Shown: positions 61,361-64,000 of the stretch, in pieces
Layout of the letters: each line of letters begins with the position of its first letter
How positions within the stretch are numbered: the first letter of the stretch is position 1
Assembly (NCBI GenBank): GCA_043803405.1
Contig: JAZDKB010000019.1
Coordinates: 32,001-96,000 of the forward strand
Direction of reading: 5' to 3'
Source: Spirochaetota bacterium
Lineage (GTDB): Bacteria; Spirochaetota; UBA4802; JAFGDQ01
DNA: 64,000 nt
Notes under the pieces: model-generated
What the model saw: only the letters and a program-made list of their open reading frames with translations
What the model was told of the DNA's origin: nothing
Database searches by the model: none
Position numbers and translations under genes: made by a program

Positions 61361-62539
61361 ATGGATCAAAAAATCATGGATGTTCTTAATAATACTGCCG
61401 ATGAATTCGGGAAAATAGCAAGAAAAGTCAACGAATCGTCAAAGAAACGAAAAAGCTACTCCGAGGAAGCGATCAATTATATCAATCAGTGCCTCGAAAT
61501 GGAAGAATCATTATGGAAGGATATTGAATTCTTTTTCGATGCCAACATGAAGGAAAGAGATAAGGATACTATTGTATTCAATACATGTAAAATATTAAAA
61601 TTAAATATGGATAATCAAAAACAGATTTTAAATGAACTGCAGAAAAAAAATCTGTTAAACAAAGAGACGTTCGAAAAATTATCCTTATTAATTAAGGATT
61701 TTATGCAAACTCTTGAAGAGGCTTTATCCAACGTTCAAAGGATTATTGAAAAAGATAATCTGATAATTCTAATGGATAAGATATTAAAAAGAAGAAAACA
61801 ATTGCAGCAGCAATCGCTTGTAATGCTGAAAGACCTTGCAAACACAAGTCTTCAAAATGCAGAAAAGGCTATTCAGGGCTCTTCTGCCAATCTTGAAAGA
61901 GGGCTTAAGATGGTCGAAAGATTTAAAAATACCGAAAAATATATTAATGAAAAGAATACTCAGGAATTGAATAATTTAATAGCTGAAGCAAATAAGGGGT
62001 GGAACGTCGCGACCGAAGTAAATAAAAACTCAAATGCACAGTTTGAATTTGCGGAAAAGGTAAATAACTTTACAGCCCAGTTGTATGCGGATTCCAATAT
62101 AATAAAAGATCTTATTGTTCAGAAACATCATGAATTTGAAGAAAACCTGCAGATTGTAACTGTGCTGACTATAATCCTTTCAATGAAATTTAAAAAATAT
62201 CTTTCAATTGAAGATATTGCGGATTCAATTCCGCTTAACGACAGTAACCGTGAGTTGCTGCTGAATCTTGTTGATTATATAAAAGTCGCATGCCAGGATA
62301 TTAGAGAAGTGACTGCGCTAAATTATGATATGACCGATACCAGTAATTTGAATAACGCAGTTGAAGATAAAGCTGTTAAAATGACGACTAAAGAAGTCGA
62401 ACTTTTTGAAAATATTAAAAAAGAAGTCGAGTTTATGACTGAGGCTACCAGATATCCGGTTGAAGGTTCCGGTAAAAATATTATAAACGGACAACTGCTG
62501 GAAAAGAATCTGAAAGAGATGGTTGCCGGACTGCATTAA
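61361..62539 (+). CDS. Soluble all-helical coiled-coil protein in the che operon
   Basis: 392 aa, GAGG RBS, 32 bp after cheB, no TM helix. Confidence 0.7.
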   Translation: MDQKIMDVLNNTADEFGKIARKVNESSKKRKSYSEEAINYINQCLEMEESLWKDIEFFFDANMKERDKDTIVFNTCKILKLNMDNQKQILNELQKKNLLNKETFEKLSLLIKDFMQTLEEALSNVQRIIEKDNLIILMDKILKRRKQLQQQSLVMLKDLANTSLQNAEKAIQGSSANLERGLKMVERFKNTEKYINEKNTQELNNLIAEANKGWNVATEVNKNSNAQFEFAEKVNNFTAQLYADSNIIKDLIVQKHHEFEENLQIVTVLTIILSMKFKKYLSIEDIADSIPLNDSNRELLLNLVDYIKVACQDIREVTALNYDMTDTSNLNNAVEDKAVKMTTKEVELFENIKKEVEFMTEATRYPVEGSGKNIINGQLLEKNLKEMVAGLH

Positions 62540-62540
62540 T

Positions 62541-62620
62541 CATAAGCAAGATTGTGAGTTGTATAAACAAGATTATTAGTTGCATAAGCAGGAAAGTAAC
62601 TTGAATAGGCAAGAAAGTAA
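62541..62620 (+). repeat. Degenerate 21-bp tandem repeat (about 3.8 units)
   Basis: CATAAGCAAGATTGTGAGTTG / TATAAACAAGATTATTAGTTG / CATAAGCAGGAAAGTAACTTG / AATAGGCAAGAAAGTAA. Confidence 0.7.
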
Positions 62621-62905
62621 AATACGTTATGTGTTCCCCGTCCTTAGCCGGATTCCCGGTACTGATGGTTTCCCTCGCAGGCATGTCTTCGTGTCTGTCA
62701 CGAGCATATTCCGATTTTTTACCTCATGATAAATTGAAATGATCAATAATTACATGCTGCCAAATATCTTCTATATTATTAAAATATATTGACTAATAGA
62801 TATTATCTCCATATTCTAAGCACATAATTTTAAATAAATAGATTTCCCGGTATATGTTGCAGAATCTACAAATAGAAACACAATAAAACAAACAAGGAAA
62901 AGCAA

Positions 62906-64000
62906 ATGCCGTTTTTTAAAAAGAAAGACGACTCGGGCCTGAGCGATATCAGAAAAATCCGTTTCGGACTAAAATCGAAATTTTCGCTTATTTTATCTTT
63001 AATAATGATAATCGTCATAGCTGTTTTGTCGGTGGTTATGTATCTTAATCAGAAAAGCCTTCTTGAGCAGGAAAGAAATACCAAAGCAAGCATACTTACT
63101 CACATCCTGGCAGGGCCGGCTGAATATTATCTGGATAAGACCGTTAAAACTACTGACAAAGAGCTGAATTTAAAATACGAGACCATCAGCACGGAAGCAT
63201 TAAATTATAAAAATTTTAACGATGATATCGAAAAAATAATATTAACGGATGAGAAAGGCAATGTCCGGTTCAGCACCGATAATGCGGATTATAAAAAGAA
63301 AGACATTTATCCCTATATAAAAAAATCCCTTGGACAGCAGAGAGAAGAACTTGAGTATTTCGATTTTTACGAAAACATAACTCCGGGCGCTGGTTCTAAA
63401 TACAAGCCGAACGAAGGAAATTATTTTACCAGGTTTTTAAATATTTTCACAAAAAAAGAAAACGCAGTCAGCAGCATTTCCCTGCGCGCGATCACATACC
63501 CGATTTTTCTTCACAAAGGCAACGTAATTGAGCTGTTGCAGGATTTTAAAGACAACTATAAAAAGTATCATGCATCGGACACGGGGACACGAAATAAAAT
63601 TTATAACTATTTATGGAAGAAATACGAGAACACTCTGAGTGCGGCATTTAAGCAGGAAATGAAACGGCCGCGTACTCCGTTAAGAAGAATCGTTAAAGCA
63701 GGGGACATTGATTTTCTGTTCCTTGATCTTTTCGGGGAAATATTGATTTTGCGGGACAGAAGGGTGAACAGGGACGAGAGATGGATATTCCGCGATGCAT
63801 GGCTTGTCGCGGAAAAGACAAAGAAAGAGGATGCTTATTTAAAAGATAATTCAATAAAAGCGAAGGAGATAAACGATCTTATTATTTCCAGAATGGAAGT
63901 CATTGCCTCAAAGGTCGAAAGCGTCCGCCGTCTTGGGGCGATTGCTGTCACGTTTAATATAGATAAAGTAAAAGCTGAACTGGACAACACGGTCAATAAA
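62906..64000 (+). CDS. Membrane-anchored sensor/signalling protein, N-terminal part (runs off the right edge)
   Basis: Not in the ORF track. MPFFKKKDD...LKSKFSLILSLIMIIVIAVLSVVMYL TM helix, then what appears to be a long extracytoplasmic region; output domain not visible. Confidence 0.7.
   Translation, partial: MPFFKKKDDSGLSDIRKIRFGLKSKFSLILSLIMIIVIAVLSVVMYLNQKSLLEQERNTKASILTHILAGPAEYYLDKTVKTTDKELNLKYETISTEALNYKNFNDDIEKIILTDEKGNVRFSTDNADYKKKDIYPYIKKSLGQQREELEYFDFYENITPGAGSKYKPNEGNYFTRFLNIFTKKENAVSSISLRAITYPIFLHKGNVIELLQDFKDNYKKYHASDTGTRNKIYNYLWKKYENTLSAAFKQEMKRPRTPLRRIVKAGDIDFLFLDLFGEILILRDRRVNRDERWIFRDAWLVAEKTKKEDAYLKDNSIKAKEINDLIISRMEVIASKVESVRRLGAIAVTFNIDKVKAELDNTVNK

Noticed and set aside
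62541..62620. CRISPR array, or the 62481-62684 minus-strand ORF as a real gene
   Set aside because: The units are contiguous with no spacers; the ORF's periodic hydrophobic pattern is just the tandem repeat read antisense.

Overview
Bacterial chromosome segment. The lipobox style, CsgG-domain proteins and chemotaxis genes suggest a free-living spirochaete, but this is inference only. There are three zones. (1) 1-23371 is an AT-rich integrative element. It has the N-terminus of a probable tyrosine integrase running off the left edge, an excisionase-like HTH, and a family-A DNA polymerase module with no visible primase or helicase. Its cargo is an ECF sigma factor, CsgG-domain proteins, beta-propeller lipoproteins and a ParB-like/nuclease/truncated SNF2 operon. 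It ends at a 3' fragment of tRNA-Ala(CGC), the likely attR. (2) ~23.4-40.5 kb is a second accessory zone. It holds the most unusual locus: an LRV/HEAT-repeat lipoprotein ending in a 9-Cys CxxC/CxxxC tail beside a radical SAM/SPASM maturase, bracketed by ~80-bp direct repeats. It also has a frameshifted GxxExxY gene inside a repeat-bounded unit, a DUF2075 helicase, an hsdS relic, a Hachiman-like pair, and two ParE/RelE toxin-antitoxin units separated by attC-like repeats. (3) ~40.5-64 kb is core-like and visibly GC-richer: DMT transporter, TetR + MacB/LolCDE-type ABC operon, a CysRS paralogue with altered zinc ligands, rpe, glmS, MORN protein, FadL-type porin, cheW-cheY-STAS-cheA-cheB and a truncated membrane sensor. 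No CRISPR array, rRNA or complete tRNA was seen. All family assignments come from reading motifs by eye, not from database searches.
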